Of a DNA stretch of 50,049 bases, positions 1-8,524 are shown piece after piece. The notes below the pieces were generated by a model, which was not told where the DNA came from, searched no databases, and was given only the letters and a program-made list of their open reading frames with translations. Location: positions 1 to 50,049 of the IMG/VR virus record IMGVR_UViG_3300045912_000109. The stretch is one strand, 5' to 3'. The first letter of the stretch is position 1. The number at the start of each line of letters is the position of its first letter. Made by a program: the position numbers and the translations under genes. Source of the stretch: a virus. Taxonomy: Duplodnaviria > Caudoviricetes.

Positions 1-127
1 CTCAACGAACAGCTTAATTACACTCCGATTGGATTTGCCCGATACTATATGAGCGGGTTAAGCTCAAACGCTGAGCGCAAAGACTTCCTTGTGGAAAACG
101 CGAACGGAGATTTTGTGCAGGACAAAA
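1..127. repeat. Terminal overlap identical to 49923-50049 (circular contig)
   Basis: The first 127 nt match the last 127 nt exactly and the reading frame continues across the junction. 127 is a common assembler k-mer length. Confidence 0.95.
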
Positions 128-1071
128 CCATTTTTATGAAGGCATTGGTAGGAACGCTTGCCGCTCCGCTTTTAATGCTTGCTTCTTGGGCCACAGAAGA
201 CGACGAAGAAGAGAAGGGATGGTTTCGTATTTACGGCTCCGGCCCTAGAGACCCGGAATTACGCAGGGCATGGCAGCAGCAGGGGCATCGTCCATACAGC
301 ATAGAGATCAACGGAGTAATCATAAACTACCTGCCAACTCCGTTCTCTGTAATGCTTGGGGCGATTGGAACATTTATGGATGCGCAGCGAGAGGCGAAAG
401 ATTACCGAGGTCCGGGAGGGGTATTAGGGGCAGTAGATCAGTCAGCTTCGATTGCGTTTGCTCTCCTTGGGGCAGCATTTGCCTCAACACTCAATCAATC
501 GTTCTTGTCCGGCGTTCAGTCGCTTGTTGACGTTGCGAACGCGAACAACCCTGCCGACGCAATGAAGCGATTTTTGGGTGGAACGGCATCTTCCTTTATT
601 ACTCCCGGAAACGTCCGAGAGTTGTTCCGAACAATCGATCCGAGGGTGTTTGAGTCTCCGACAATCGTGGGGCAAGTATTCCGCAACTGGCCTGTAGTTG
701 GTCCTTCTCTAAATCGACCAGCACTCAACCGATATGGGGAGGAAGTGAATCGTAACCAGTGGCCGCTGTTTGGCAGGTTCATTGGGGTGGTAAATCAAAC
801 CGATCCTGTGTTTGCGGTGGCGGCAGAGAGAGGGCTAAACATTCCCGACTTGAGGGCTTCCGCTGTAATGGGAGGCCAGAGAATGGATTACGATACGGCT
901 TACAGGTTCACGGAGATAGCTGGACCCATCCTCAAGCAGCTTGACTACGCATCTCTGCCTTCTTTGCGGACAGCTTCCATTGACCAGGCGAACGAAATAC
1001 TGGCGAGGAACCGCAGGATAGCGGCGGCACGTGCTCGTGCTGTTATGAGGGTGACGGCAGCCGCGCAATAA
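1..1071 (+). CDS. C-terminal part of the giant polyvalent/internal virion protein starting at 43809 (LPD38-like C-terminus)
   Basis: Frame is open from base 1 (CTC AAC GAA...) and in frame with 49923. Motifs YLPTPFSVMLGAIG, LNQSFLSGV and LNRYGEEV resemble C-termini of large phage injected proteins. Confidence 0.8.
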   Translation, partial: LNEQLNYTPIGFARYYMSGLSSNAERKDFLVENANGDFVQDKTIFMKALVGTLAAPLLMLASWATEDDEEEKGWFRIYGSGPRDPELRRAWQQQGHRPYSIEINGVIINYLPTPFSVMLGAIGTFMDAQREAKDYRGPGGVLGAVDQSASIAFALLGAAFASTLNQSFLSGVQSLVDVANANNPADAMKRFLGGTASSFITPGNVRELFRTIDPRVFESPTIVGQVFRNWPVVGPSLNRPALNRYGEEVNRNQWPLFGRFIGVVNQTDPVFAVAAERGLNIPDLRASAVMGGQRMDYDTAYRFTEIAGPILKQLDYASLPSLRTASIDQANEILARNRRIAAARARAVMRVTAAAQ

Positions 1072-1074
1072 TAG

Positions 1075-1103
1075 TTGACAGGCCGGGGGCTGTTTCTTAA
1101 AGT
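1075..1103 (+). promoter_or_regulatory. Sigma70-like promoter
   Basis: TTGACA (1075-1080), 17 nt, TAAAGT (1098-1103). Confidence 0.7.
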
Positions 1104-1134
1104 TGGCACTGCATTGTCAATTTGTGTTGGTTGG

Positions 1135-1170
1135 CCCCTCTCCCTTCTTGGTGGGAGAGGGGTTTTTCTT
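1135..1170 (+). terminator. Intrinsic terminator
   Basis: CCCCTCTCCC...GGGAGAGGGG stem followed by TTTTTCTT. Confidence 0.8.
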
Positions 1171-1208
1171 GTTGACGAAACGCATACTATCGGAAACGAT
1201 AGTGCTCG

Positions 1209-1442
1209 ATGAGCAACTACAGACGACCACGTTCCGAAAGCAAAATCGAAGAATCAAACGAGTTTGCCGAAATTCACAAAGAACTTTTGAAAGCGGCAGT
1301 CGCGGCCACATTCCCGGCAGAGCCGTTTCCCACAAAAGAGCAACACGATCGGTATTGCACGAACATCGTGGGGGTGACAGAAGTGATTACGGCAAAGTTT
1401 ATGCAGCGGCAGAAGGCGCGTAGAACGGTTGACACAGAGTAG
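1209..1442 (+). CDS. Hypothetical protein
   Basis: 77-aa ATG ORF filling the gap between terminator and next promoter. Confidence 0.6.
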   Translation: MSNYRRPRSESKIEESNEFAEIHKELLKAAVAATFPAEPFPTKEQHDRYCTNIVGVTEVITAKFMQRQKARRTVDTE

Positions 1443-1457
1443 CAAGTGTGCTACAAC
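1429..1457 (+). promoter_or_regulatory. Promoter with operator GTAGCA-N4-TGCTAC (1439-1454)
   Basis: TTGACA-17 nt-TACAAC with TG extension; the palindrome lies in the spacer and overlaps the -10. Confidence 0.7.
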
Positions 1458-1501
1458 TTGTGGACGCTGGTAATGGTGCCAGCGCAACCCACAAACAACC
1501 G

Positions 1502-2401
1502 ATGAAGTTCTCAAACAAATTCAATCTGCCCGGCCCTATGTTCCGGGCACTATCTTTTAACGGCTACCGTCCCGGAGATTCCGGCGGGATGCCATACTTG
1601 TCTGTCACTCAACTGATCTCTCCCCCAAGAAAAGTGATTCTGGGGGAGCGTCATTCCGATAAAATTACGGAAGATGTTTCAGATCGGATTTGGTCCCTCT
1701 TAGGCCAATCCGTGCACTCTATACTGGAGGCGGCAGAGGATGAATCCAGCATATCCGAAGAGCGTCTTTACATGGACATCGACGGATACCGCATTGGCGG
1801 GATGATTGATCTTTACGAAACAACCGGAGTGCTCTGTGACTTCAAAGTGACATCCGTATGGAGTGTCATCATGGGGAGTCACGATGAGTGGGAGCAACAG
1901 CTTAACCTCAATGCCGGGCTTTACAGACATGCCGGGTTTGAGGTTAACAAGGTTGAGATCATCGCTATTCTTCGGGACTGGCAGGAGAGAAAGGCAGAAG
2001 TTGACCCCAACTATCCGCAGTGCGGGTTTCAGGTCATTGAGTTTCCTTTGTGGACGCAAGAGCAGGTAATAGAGTTTGCGCGTGAGCGCATCAAGCTCTT
2101 CAAAGAAGCGGCGGGGAAGCCGGATCATCTGCTTCCTCTTTGTTCGCCGGAAGAACGCTGGCGGCGTGGAGACTCATACGCCGTCAAGAAGGCCGGTAAC
2201 AAAAAAGCCACGAAGGTTTTCGATACCGAGGAAGAGGCTAAGGCGTGCGCCTTTGCCCTGACGAAAGAAGCGAACGGGAAAACAACCTACGAAGTTGAGT
2301 TTCGTCCGGGGCAAGACTTGCGCTGCTTGCGCTACTGTGAAGTGGCGCAGTTCTGTTCATACGGCAGAAATCTCCAGCAAAAAATCGAAGAAATTGAGTA
2401 A
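1502..2401 (+). CDS. Cas4-like / PD-(D/E)XK exonuclease
   Basis: GQSVHSILE, EERL, GMIDL, DFKVT, QQLNLNA and C-terminal RCLRYCEVAQFC cysteine cluster; adjacent to an SSB-like gene. Confidence 0.8.
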   Translation: MKFSNKFNLPGPMFRALSFNGYRPGDSGGMPYLSVTQLISPPRKVILGERHSDKITEDVSDRIWSLLGQSVHSILEAAEDESSISEERLYMDIDGYRIGGMIDLYETTGVLCDFKVTSVWSVIMGSHDEWEQQLNLNAGLYRHAGFEVNKVEIIAILRDWQERKAEVDPNYPQCGFQVIEFPLWTQEQVIEFARERIKLFKEAAGKPDHLLPLCSPEERWRRGDSYAVKKAGNKKATKVFDTEEEAKACAFALTKEANGKTTYEVEFRPGQDLRCLRYCEVAQFCSYGRNLQQKIEEIE

Positions 2402-2408
2402 TCAACAC

Positions 2409-2436
2409 TTGATATAAGAAGCAAATCTGCTACAAG
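2409..2436 (+). promoter_or_regulatory. Promoter with operator variant GAAGCA-AATC-TGCTAC (2418-2433)
   Basis: TTGATA-16 nt-TACAAG, same layout as the promoter at 1429. Confidence 0.55.
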
Positions 2437-2475
2437 CAAAATCTCAACCCACAACCCACAACCCACAAACAAAAA

Positions 2476-3381
2476 ATGAGCAAACAACTATTCCCTGTAG
2501 GAGAAGCCTTCGGATGGTCCCCGGACGATCCGATTACAGAGGTCAGCGGTAAGATCAAGTCCCTGTATGACCCGCAAGAATACGATGGAGCCAATGGCCC
2601 CTTCACAATCCAGAACGGAGTCCTGACGACAGAGCACGGAGACATAAAGCTCGTCTTGTTCTCCAACACCCTGCCGAAAACGGCTCGTGGCCGTAACGTG
2701 ACGATCAAGCTGGGGAAGGACAAGAAAAATAAACTCGGAGGCGTAACCTACGAGATCAGCGAATACTTCTCGAAGAAAAAAAACGAGGATGTTCAAGAGG
2801 AGATCATAAAGGTCAACGGGCTTGCCGTGATTTCTTACGAAGGGGCACAGCCAAAACCAGCGGAAAGCAAACCAGCGGAAGATAAGCCGAATCCTCGCAA
2901 CAAGCTGGTGCAGGAATCCACTATCGCATACGATAGCGATCCAGTGGCCGACATGGAGCTTCTCATCAATCTTCACTGGCGAATTGACCAAGCGGTGAAG
3001 ATCAAATACAAAGATGTGAATGAAGAGACCCGCCGATGCTACGTCAACAGCATTTTCATACAAGCTGACAAATGCGGGATCGTGAATAGGTTTATCGCAT
3101 CCGCATCAGTGAAGCAGGCTCCGGCTAAACCTCAAGAGCAGGCAGAAGAAGCCAAGGAAACGGATGCAGGCTTCGAGCGAGAGCCATATATTTGGGAGTC
3201 TTCCGTAATTCCTTCGGGGACGCTGGCAGGAAAGCGTCTTGGGGATGTTGAACCCGAGGACATCATTCGGATGCACAAGTTCTGTGTGCAGAGAGGGAGT
3301 AAAACCCTCTTTTCGCAGCACTTGGCGCAGGCGGTGAAAGACCTGCATCTTGATCTGGAGGATGATGACTTCCCCCTGTGA
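2476..3381 (+). CDS. ssDNA-binding / recombination protein (OB-fold-like N-terminus)
   Basis: Beta-rich N-terminus, acidic C-terminal tail EDDDFPL typical of SSBs, position after the exonuclease. Confidence 0.6.
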   Translation: MSKQLFPVGEAFGWSPDDPITEVSGKIKSLYDPQEYDGANGPFTIQNGVLTTEHGDIKLVLFSNTLPKTARGRNVTIKLGKDKKNKLGGVTYEISEYFSKKKNEDVQEEIIKVNGLAVISYEGAQPKPAESKPAEDKPNPRNKLVQESTIAYDSDPVADMELLINLHWRIDQAVKIKYKDVNEETRRCYVNSIFIQADKCGIVNRFIASASVKQAPAKPQEQAEEAKETDAGFEREPYIWESSVIPSGTLAGKRLGDVEPEDIIRMHKFCVQRGSKTLFSQHLAQAVKDLHLDLEDDDFPL

Positions 3382-3604
3382 AGTTTTGGAGGAGGCGAGG
3401 AGGCTGATTAAAAAGCTGGGCATAACGCATGACCAGTTTGCCGCTTCTTTGACGCTTCCCAAAAAACCCCACCGCGTTACCGTCGCAAGATGGCTTAACA
3501 CGAGCCGACCTAACTGGCACTGTCCGAGTGGGCAGGCTATTGTGGCGGTAATGCAGTGGATACAACAACAAAAAACCGCAAACAAACCACAAACAATAAA
3601 ATGA
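3362..3604 (+). CDS. Cro/XRE-like helix-turn-helix protein
   Basis: LGITHDQFAASL...RVTVARWLN pattern, ~80 aa. Confidence 0.7.
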   Translation: MMTSPCEVLEEARRLIKKLGITHDQFAASLTLPKKPHRVTVARWLNTSRPNWHCPSGQAIVAVMQWIQQQKTANKPQTIK

Positions 3605-4623
3605 GCAAAACAACCAAAGTCACTGGCCTCTTCGTTAAGAGAGGAGCAAAAGAAGAAATTGCAAAGCGTTCGGAGTATGCCGACTGGAAAGCCGGGAAGC
3701 TCACGAAAGAACTCAAAGCGCAATTCACAAAAACCCAAGTGTCGCAACTCTTGGCGATGGTGGAGCGCGATGAAGCCCTCGACGAAGAGAACCCTGATGA
3801 GTTCTTCAAAGCCTACGAGAGCATTAAAGCTGACTTGGCTCGTGCGGCAGAGCACTTTGAAGCCGAAGCTCTGGCAGAAGCGGAGGCGAAAGCCAAGGCC
3901 GAGGCCGAAAAGCAGGCGAAGAAGGGCAAAGAGTTGGCCCTTGTTGAGTCCGTCAAAGAAATCCAATTCGGAGAGGCGTATGCCAAGTTCACGAAGAAGT
4001 TTGATCTTGGCGAAAACATGAACCAGTGTGTTCCAAGGGGCAAAGTCACCGAGGAAGATTTGGTGGGTGCGTTGGCCTTGGGCTTTGGTCTGGAGAACAT
4101 GAGCCAGTGGGTCATTGGAGACATCGTTTGCGCTCTTGAGAACATGGGTTACGAGAACGTGGTTATCGCAGTCTGCGAACGCTTCAAGAAGGCGTATCCT
4201 ACTGTGTCCGGCTACGCTCGTGTCAGCCGCCATGTTCCCGTTGAGAAGCGGGATTCTTCTATCCCGTTCACGGTCTACCGGGAAATTGCCAATGCCCGGT
4301 TCAGCGAGAGCGATGACAAGAACCTGCAGACCATGCACAAACTCATTGACCGTGCTGTCAGCGAGGGCTGGGGGGCAGGCGATGCTCGCTCGCATGTTGA
4401 GGCCGAGCGCGGGGTGAAGAAAGACGACAAAAAGCCTGGATTGAGCTTGTTTGTCGTGAGCCTCGATAACCCGGTGACTTCGTATTTTACTTCGGAAGTT
4501 CCGAAATACAGCGAAAGCACTCTGATCGTTGACCTCAAAGCCAAGAAGTTCTTGGAAAAGAAGGGCAACAAAACTGAGTGGTCTGAGTTCTTCTCTGACG
4601 AGTCTGAGAAATCCTCGTCCTGA
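3601..4623 (+). CDS. Putative DNA-binding protein with LmbU-like domain
   Basis: QWVIGD...YPTVSGYARVSRHVPVEKRDSSIPFTVYREIA...AVSEGW resembles the LmbU-type pattern; N-terminal coiled coil. Confidence 0.55.
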   Translation: MSKTTKVTGLFVKRGAKEEIAKRSEYADWKAGKLTKELKAQFTKTQVSQLLAMVERDEALDEENPDEFFKAYESIKADLARAAEHFEAEALAEAEAKAKAEAEKQAKKGKELALVESVKEIQFGEAYAKFTKKFDLGENMNQCVPRGKVTEEDLVGALALGFGLENMSQWVIGDIVCALENMGYENVVIAVCERFKKAYPTVSGYARVSRHVPVEKRDSSIPFTVYREIANARFSESDDKNLQTMHKLIDRAVSEGWGAGDARSHVEAERGVKKDDKKPGLSLFVVSLDNPVTSYFTSEVPKYSESTLIVDLKAKKFLEKKGNKTEWSEFFSDESEKSSS

Positions 4624-4637
4624 CGGATTGGGCCAAC

Positions 4638-4675
4638 AAAAAACCCACCCCGCAATTAAGCAGGGTGGGTTTTTC
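4638..4675. terminator. Bidirectional intrinsic terminator
   Basis: AAAAAACCCACCC...GGGTGGGTTTTT between convergent genes. Confidence 0.85.
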
Positions 4676-4682
4676 TGTTTGG

Positions 4683-6329
4683 TTATTGTTCGGTCGTGAC
4701 GGGGGAGACGGTGATTGTAGGATCGACGTTTCCGTCCATCAGCAAATCGATTCTCTTGAGTTTTTCATCAAGAGCAGCGCAGATAGCCTCTTCAATTCCA
4801 ACTCCCGCCGCATAGACGATATACTGGAACGAGGGAGACTTTCCTCCTTGCCGATGAACTCTTCCCAATACCTGCTTGAGGTCCATAGCGGACTCACAAG
4901 GGGAGATAAGGGAGTGGCGAGGATGATTGCCGTTGAGGTCTTGAAGGTTGATGCCTTCTTTACACGCTTGGGTAATACCAACGATGCAGCGGATGTCGTC
5001 CCGCTGAAAGGCGTCGATGAAACCTCGGCGTTCCTCTGGCTTTTGTGAGCCAACGATGAACCCGCATTTCCCTATTTTCTTCGTAATCGTATCGACCACG
5101 AATTGCAGGGACTCACGAAAGTTCATTGCGATGAACACGGAGTTGCCTTCTTCGATGAGATCAAGCGCAATATCCGCGATGCCGGGAGCTTTGTGAAGCT
5201 CGATGGCGCGGCGCGTCTTGATTCTCTCCGCAAGTATTGCTCCCGCACGGTCTGCGGCAGGGATTGACTCGTAAATCTCGTTGACTCTCTGTTCGAGTTC
5301 TTCGTATTCCGAGGCAATCTTTTTGCCGTTCTCCATGTCGAATGCCTTTGCGTGAATAGTGGTCTCTGGAAACGCATCCCCCAAGTCCTGAACGCGAAGG
5401 CGCGTTCCATACTCGGGGAATATGTGACTGTGAATCCGCTTTAGTGCGGACTGCGATCCGGAGAAAAACAGCCCGAACTTACCCTCTTTGACTCCGTGAG
5501 CTTTGAGGAACTGGAAGTATGTTCGCCCTCCTCTGTGGAGATTGCACGCTCTTCCAATCTCTGCGAAGTTCATGGGAGTCTCCGCTATCGTAGCCGATAG
5601 TCCCATAAAGGGAACGTGCTGGTCGATAGCAGCCCTAATGAGCAGGCTGTTCAGGGTTCCCATCGTTTTTGCTCGATGGATTTCATCGAAGATGACGATG
5701 GTGTTTTCTGGAATGTGCCACTTGAAACCGCGAACAGCCTTTGAGCGAGGATTTGCCTTCTCCTCGGTCTGCTGGCCGAACTCGGTTTTACCGAGCTTCA
5801 TCCATTCCCACCCATAGACGCCGACGACATCGACACCGACGGCGTTAGCCGCCCGATGCCAATCTGTGCAAACAGATTTAGGGCAGACGACGAGAACCTC
5901 TTTACCAAGCTCCCGTGCGATGAACAGAGAGATGTAAGTCTTTCCTACTCCGGTTGAGTGACCGAGGATATGGAAGTTGTGTTTCTGCATTGAGCGAACG
6001 CCGTATTGAACAGAAGTGATTTGATACTCAAGAACCATGTCTGGATACTTGAGTGGAACCAACTCGTGCTCGATGGACTTCACTTCTTCTTTGCGGGTTT
6101 CGGTGAAGACCCCGGCGGTCGATGACCAGTGATCGCATTGCCACTGGCCTTTATACTTTGAAACACGGACTCCGATTTCACGAAGTGCCTCTTTGTTTTC
6201 GCGGTAAAACTTCCAGAAATCCTCAGAGAGATCGAAGGATTTGCGAATCCATCTGACTCCTCCAGAAGTGTTCACTTGCATGGCTTGTCCGAAGACAACG
6301 ATTTCTTCCAACTGTTGTAGTAGTGTCAT
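4683..6329 (-). CDS. Superfamily 2 (SNF2-like) helicase/ATPase
   Basis: Walker A STGVGKT, VVCPKS, DEIH, LSAT, EGINL, QVLGRVHRQG. Confidence 0.9.
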   Translation of the reverse strand: MTLLQQLEEIVVFGQAMQVNTSGGVRWIRKSFDLSEDFWKFYRENKEALREIGVRVSKYKGQWQCDHWSSTAGVFTETRKEEVKSIEHELVPLKYPDMVLEYQITSVQYGVRSMQKHNFHILGHSTGVGKTYISLFIARELGKEVLVVCPKSVCTDWHRAANAVGVDVVGVYGWEWMKLGKTEFGQQTEEKANPRSKAVRGFKWHIPENTIVIFDEIHRAKTMGTLNSLLIRAAIDQHVPFMGLSATIAETPMNFAEIGRACNLHRGGRTYFQFLKAHGVKEGKFGLFFSGSQSALKRIHSHIFPEYGTRLRVQDLGDAFPETTIHAKAFDMENGKKIASEYEELEQRVNEIYESIPAADRAGAILAERIKTRRAIELHKAPGIADIALDLIEEGNSVFIAMNFRESLQFVVDTITKKIGKCGFIVGSQKPEERRGFIDAFQRDDIRCIVGITQACKEGINLQDLNGNHPRHSLISPCESAMDLKQVLGRVHRQGGKSPSFQYIVYAAGVGIEEAICAALDEKLKRIDLLMDGNVDPTITVSPVTTEQ

Positions 6330-6383
6330 GTTTGGTTTTTGATTTACGCAAGCGGAATTGCTTGCGTTCTGCTGATAGAACAG

Positions 6384-6434
6384 CAGACTTCTTCCCCCCA
6401 CTATCGTTTCCGATAGCGAGGGGAAGCGTGTCTG
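6384..6434. repeat. Intergenic ~50-bp hairpin unit, copy 1
   Basis: CAGAC..CTTCCCC..CTATCG-TTTC-CGATAG..GGGGAAG..GTGTCTG. Confidence 0.85.
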
Positions 6435-6437
6435 ATG

Positions 6438-7193
6438 TTACGACTGGAGCACTGTTGGAACAGAGGTAAGATGCTGGAGAGCTTCCGCATCTTTGACTTC
6501 TTTCTTGTGCCATTCGATAATCGCACGGGCGTCATCCAGAAGGCCGGATTTTTCGTGGTCCCCGTAAAATCCCCACACAGATGAGTCTCTTACCTCTTCG
6601 CCTGTTGGGGAAATTATTGAGACGATGCCATAGACATCGCCCCAAGCCCAACTGCAATAGAGTTCGTATGCGCTTTTGCAGGCTTCTTCTCCACCGCCAT
6701 CTCGCAAGCCAACTTCTTTGGCCCACTGCGGGGTTGCGAACGCCATGACCAAAGCGTAGTCTCCTTGGCAATGACCATTGTAAGTTCCATAATAACATGG
6801 AACATTAGCGATTTTGCAAAGCCATTTTACCATATCGAAGTAATCCTCTGCGTTGCTGTATCTTGTTGGCTTTGGAGCCTGTTCGCTACACAGACTACCA
6901 AAGGCGTCCCTTACTGATTCGCTGTATCGGAAACGATAGTCAGCGAACTCCTTAAGGGAGCAATTAAGATTTTTGATGAGATTGACACGTTTGCCACGTG
7001 CGAACTGCTCATCAGGAATCATTCCGACAAGATCCCAGATGTCCGGGACATCACCGTAAGTGATAAAACTCCGGTCACGGTAATTAAAAACCATAAGCGG
7101 AGGATTGCAGTCCCAATCCTCGAAAGGATTGGCTGGATAATCATCTAGGGCAACGACTACTTTGTAGCCGTCAATTTCGATTGTTTCTTTCAT
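6438..7193 (-). CDS. Hypothetical phage protein (putative early gene)
   Basis: Long ORF with DDYPANPFEDWD, WAWGDVYG and SVWGFYG motifs; A/C-rich leader before MKETIE. Confidence 0.8.
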   Translation of the reverse strand: MKETIEIDGYKVVVALDDYPANPFEDWDCNPPLMVFNYRDRSFITYGDVPDIWDLVGMIPDEQFARGKRVNLIKNLNCSLKEFADYRFRYSESVRDAFGSLCSEQAPKPTRYSNAEDYFDMVKWLCKIANVPCYYGTYNGHCQGDYALVMAFATPQWAKEVGLRDGGGEEACKSAYELYCSWAWGDVYGIVSIISPTGEEVRDSSVWGFYGDHEKSGLLDDARAIIEWHKKEVKDAEALQHLTSVPTVLQS

Positions 7194-7243
7194 GTGTTTG
7201 GTTTTGTTCACTCGCCCTGAATGAGCGAGCGTCTGAGTTTTTA

Positions 7244-7300
7244 AGTCAGACTGCCGCCCCCCACTATCGTAACCGATAGTGAGAAGCGGTGTGTCTGACT
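7244..7300. repeat. Intergenic hairpin unit, copy 2
   Basis: AGTCAGAC-TGCCGC..CACTATCG-TAAC-CGATAGTG..GCGGT-GT-GTCTGACT. Confidence 0.85.
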
Positions 7301-7748
7301 ACTCGTTGGCTGCCTTTTGCCACGCTTCTTCTTCGGTAGAGAAGGGGCCGATTGCTTTTTCATCTTCCAAGCATCCGGGCAAGCAGTGCGAGTAATACCA
7401 GCCCGTCAGCTTTTCGATGACCTTATCTTTGCCGAGGTAATAGACCTCGACGTTGGCAAGTTTATCGACGAGTTCTTCGTATTCTTCTTTGGCCGATGGG
7501 TCGAAGATGTCGTCCCCAAGACAAAGATAATCTTCATCTTTGACGAGACCATCCTCGTAATCGACAATTCCGGTTCGATACCATGTTGGGTCCATCTCGC
7601 GGAGAACGCTTGATGGAGTCATGTGCTCGAAAGGGCCGCCGACTTCTTTGAATGAGTAGGTTTCATCCAAAGAGTCGCAAAACAATTCTTCCACGTTAAC
7701 GGGAGAATGATTCGAGCGAATAATTTCTTCGATGATTTTTTCTTTCAT
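7299..7748 (-). CDS. Acidic hypothetical protein
   Basis: 149 aa, very D/E-rich; PSSVLREMDP and GWYY...PGCL...GPFSTEEEA motifs. Confidence 0.8.
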   Translation of the reverse strand: MKEKIIEEIIRSNHSPVNVEELFCDSLDETYSFKEVGGPFEHMTPSSVLREMDPTWYRTGIVDYEDGLVKDEDYLCLGDDIFDPSAKEEYEELVDKLANVEVYYLGKDKVIEKLTGWYYSHCLPGCLEDEKAIGPFSTEEEAWQKAANE

Positions 7749-7801
7749 TGTGTGTATTTCTATTAAGGTTGGTTTTTGGTTACGGAGTTGCTTAACGCAA
7801 T

Positions 7802-7852
7802 CCGACTACCGCTCCCCACTATCGTAACCGATAGTGAGAAGCGGTGTGTCGA
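7802..7852. repeat. Intergenic hairpin unit, copy 3
   Basis: Shares 37 identical bp (CCCCACTATCGTAACCGATAGTGAGAAGCGGTGTGTC) with copy 2. Confidence 0.85.
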
Positions 7853-7853
7853 A

Positions 7854-8309
7854 TCACTCTGGTTTTGCTCCTATCTCGATTGCTTTTTTAATGAGTTCAG
7901 GCTCATGGATTGGATGAATCCAAGAAGCCCTTTCGCCGAGAGCGTATCTGACAAAGCCGCCGCGCTGCATGAACTCACGTTCCCTTTCGGGAAATTGAAA
8001 GGCTAGGTTCTTCCAAGCCTTCCAGTTTAGCTTTTCGGCAATCAATGGGAAGATTTCCGAAAAGAAGAACTTGGAGTTTGTTTCCAGCCTTTTGGCCATG
8101 CGGGAGCGCATTATTGCGCGTCCTCGTTTCGGGTCTTTCCCGAAACTCACTTGCCCCATGCGGTAAATATCGGGTGCTTTTGGCAGCCCGATATTAAGCT
8201 CGGGAACAAGGAAATGCTCGGGGTCATCTTCTCTTTCTTCCCAAACTTTGAAGTCAAAGTTGGCCCCATTGAACAGAGCCATAGCTTGTTTTTTGTATTG
8301 TTTTGTCAT
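7854..8309 (-). CDS. Hypothetical protein
   Basis: 151-aa ORF bounded by hairpin units, with an A/C-rich leader. Confidence 0.75.
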   Translation of the reverse strand: MTKQYKKQAMALFNGANFDFKVWEEREDDPEHFLVPELNIGLPKAPDIYRMGQVSFGKDPKRGRAIMRSRMAKRLETNSKFFFSEIFPLIAEKLNWKAWKNLAFQFPEREREFMQRGGFVRYALGERASWIHPIHEPELIKKAIEIGAKPE

Positions 8310-8347
8310 AATTTTGGTTTGTTGGTTTTCTGAATGGTTAATTCCAA

Positions 8348-8400
8348 TCAGACTTCCGCCCTCTACTATCGTTTCCGACAGTAAAGGGCGGCGTGTCTAA
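8348..8400. repeat. Intergenic hairpin unit, copy 4
   Basis: TCAGAC-TTCCGCCCT-CTACTATCG-TTTC-CGACAGTA-AAGGGCGG-CGTGTCTAA. Confidence 0.8.
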
Positions 8401-8524
8401 CGGGTTTCGGCGATGATGTATGCCGCGGTTATTAGTAATGTGATTGCGAAAATAGCCAGAGCCAGCATAACTGGCTCTGTGCTTTTCCGCCGATTGCGGG
8501 GGGCTTGAGGATTGCGGAATGCGC

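Noticed and set aside
3106-4395. 429-aa minus-strand ORF
   Set aside because: Antisense shadow of the SSB/HTH/LmbU-like genes, with no recognisable motifs.
6384-8400. Early-region hairpin units as integron attC sites or terminators
   Set aside because: Only one copy has a GTTAGAC, there is no R''/L''/L'/R' spacing, and there are no U-tracts; kept as a separate repeat family.
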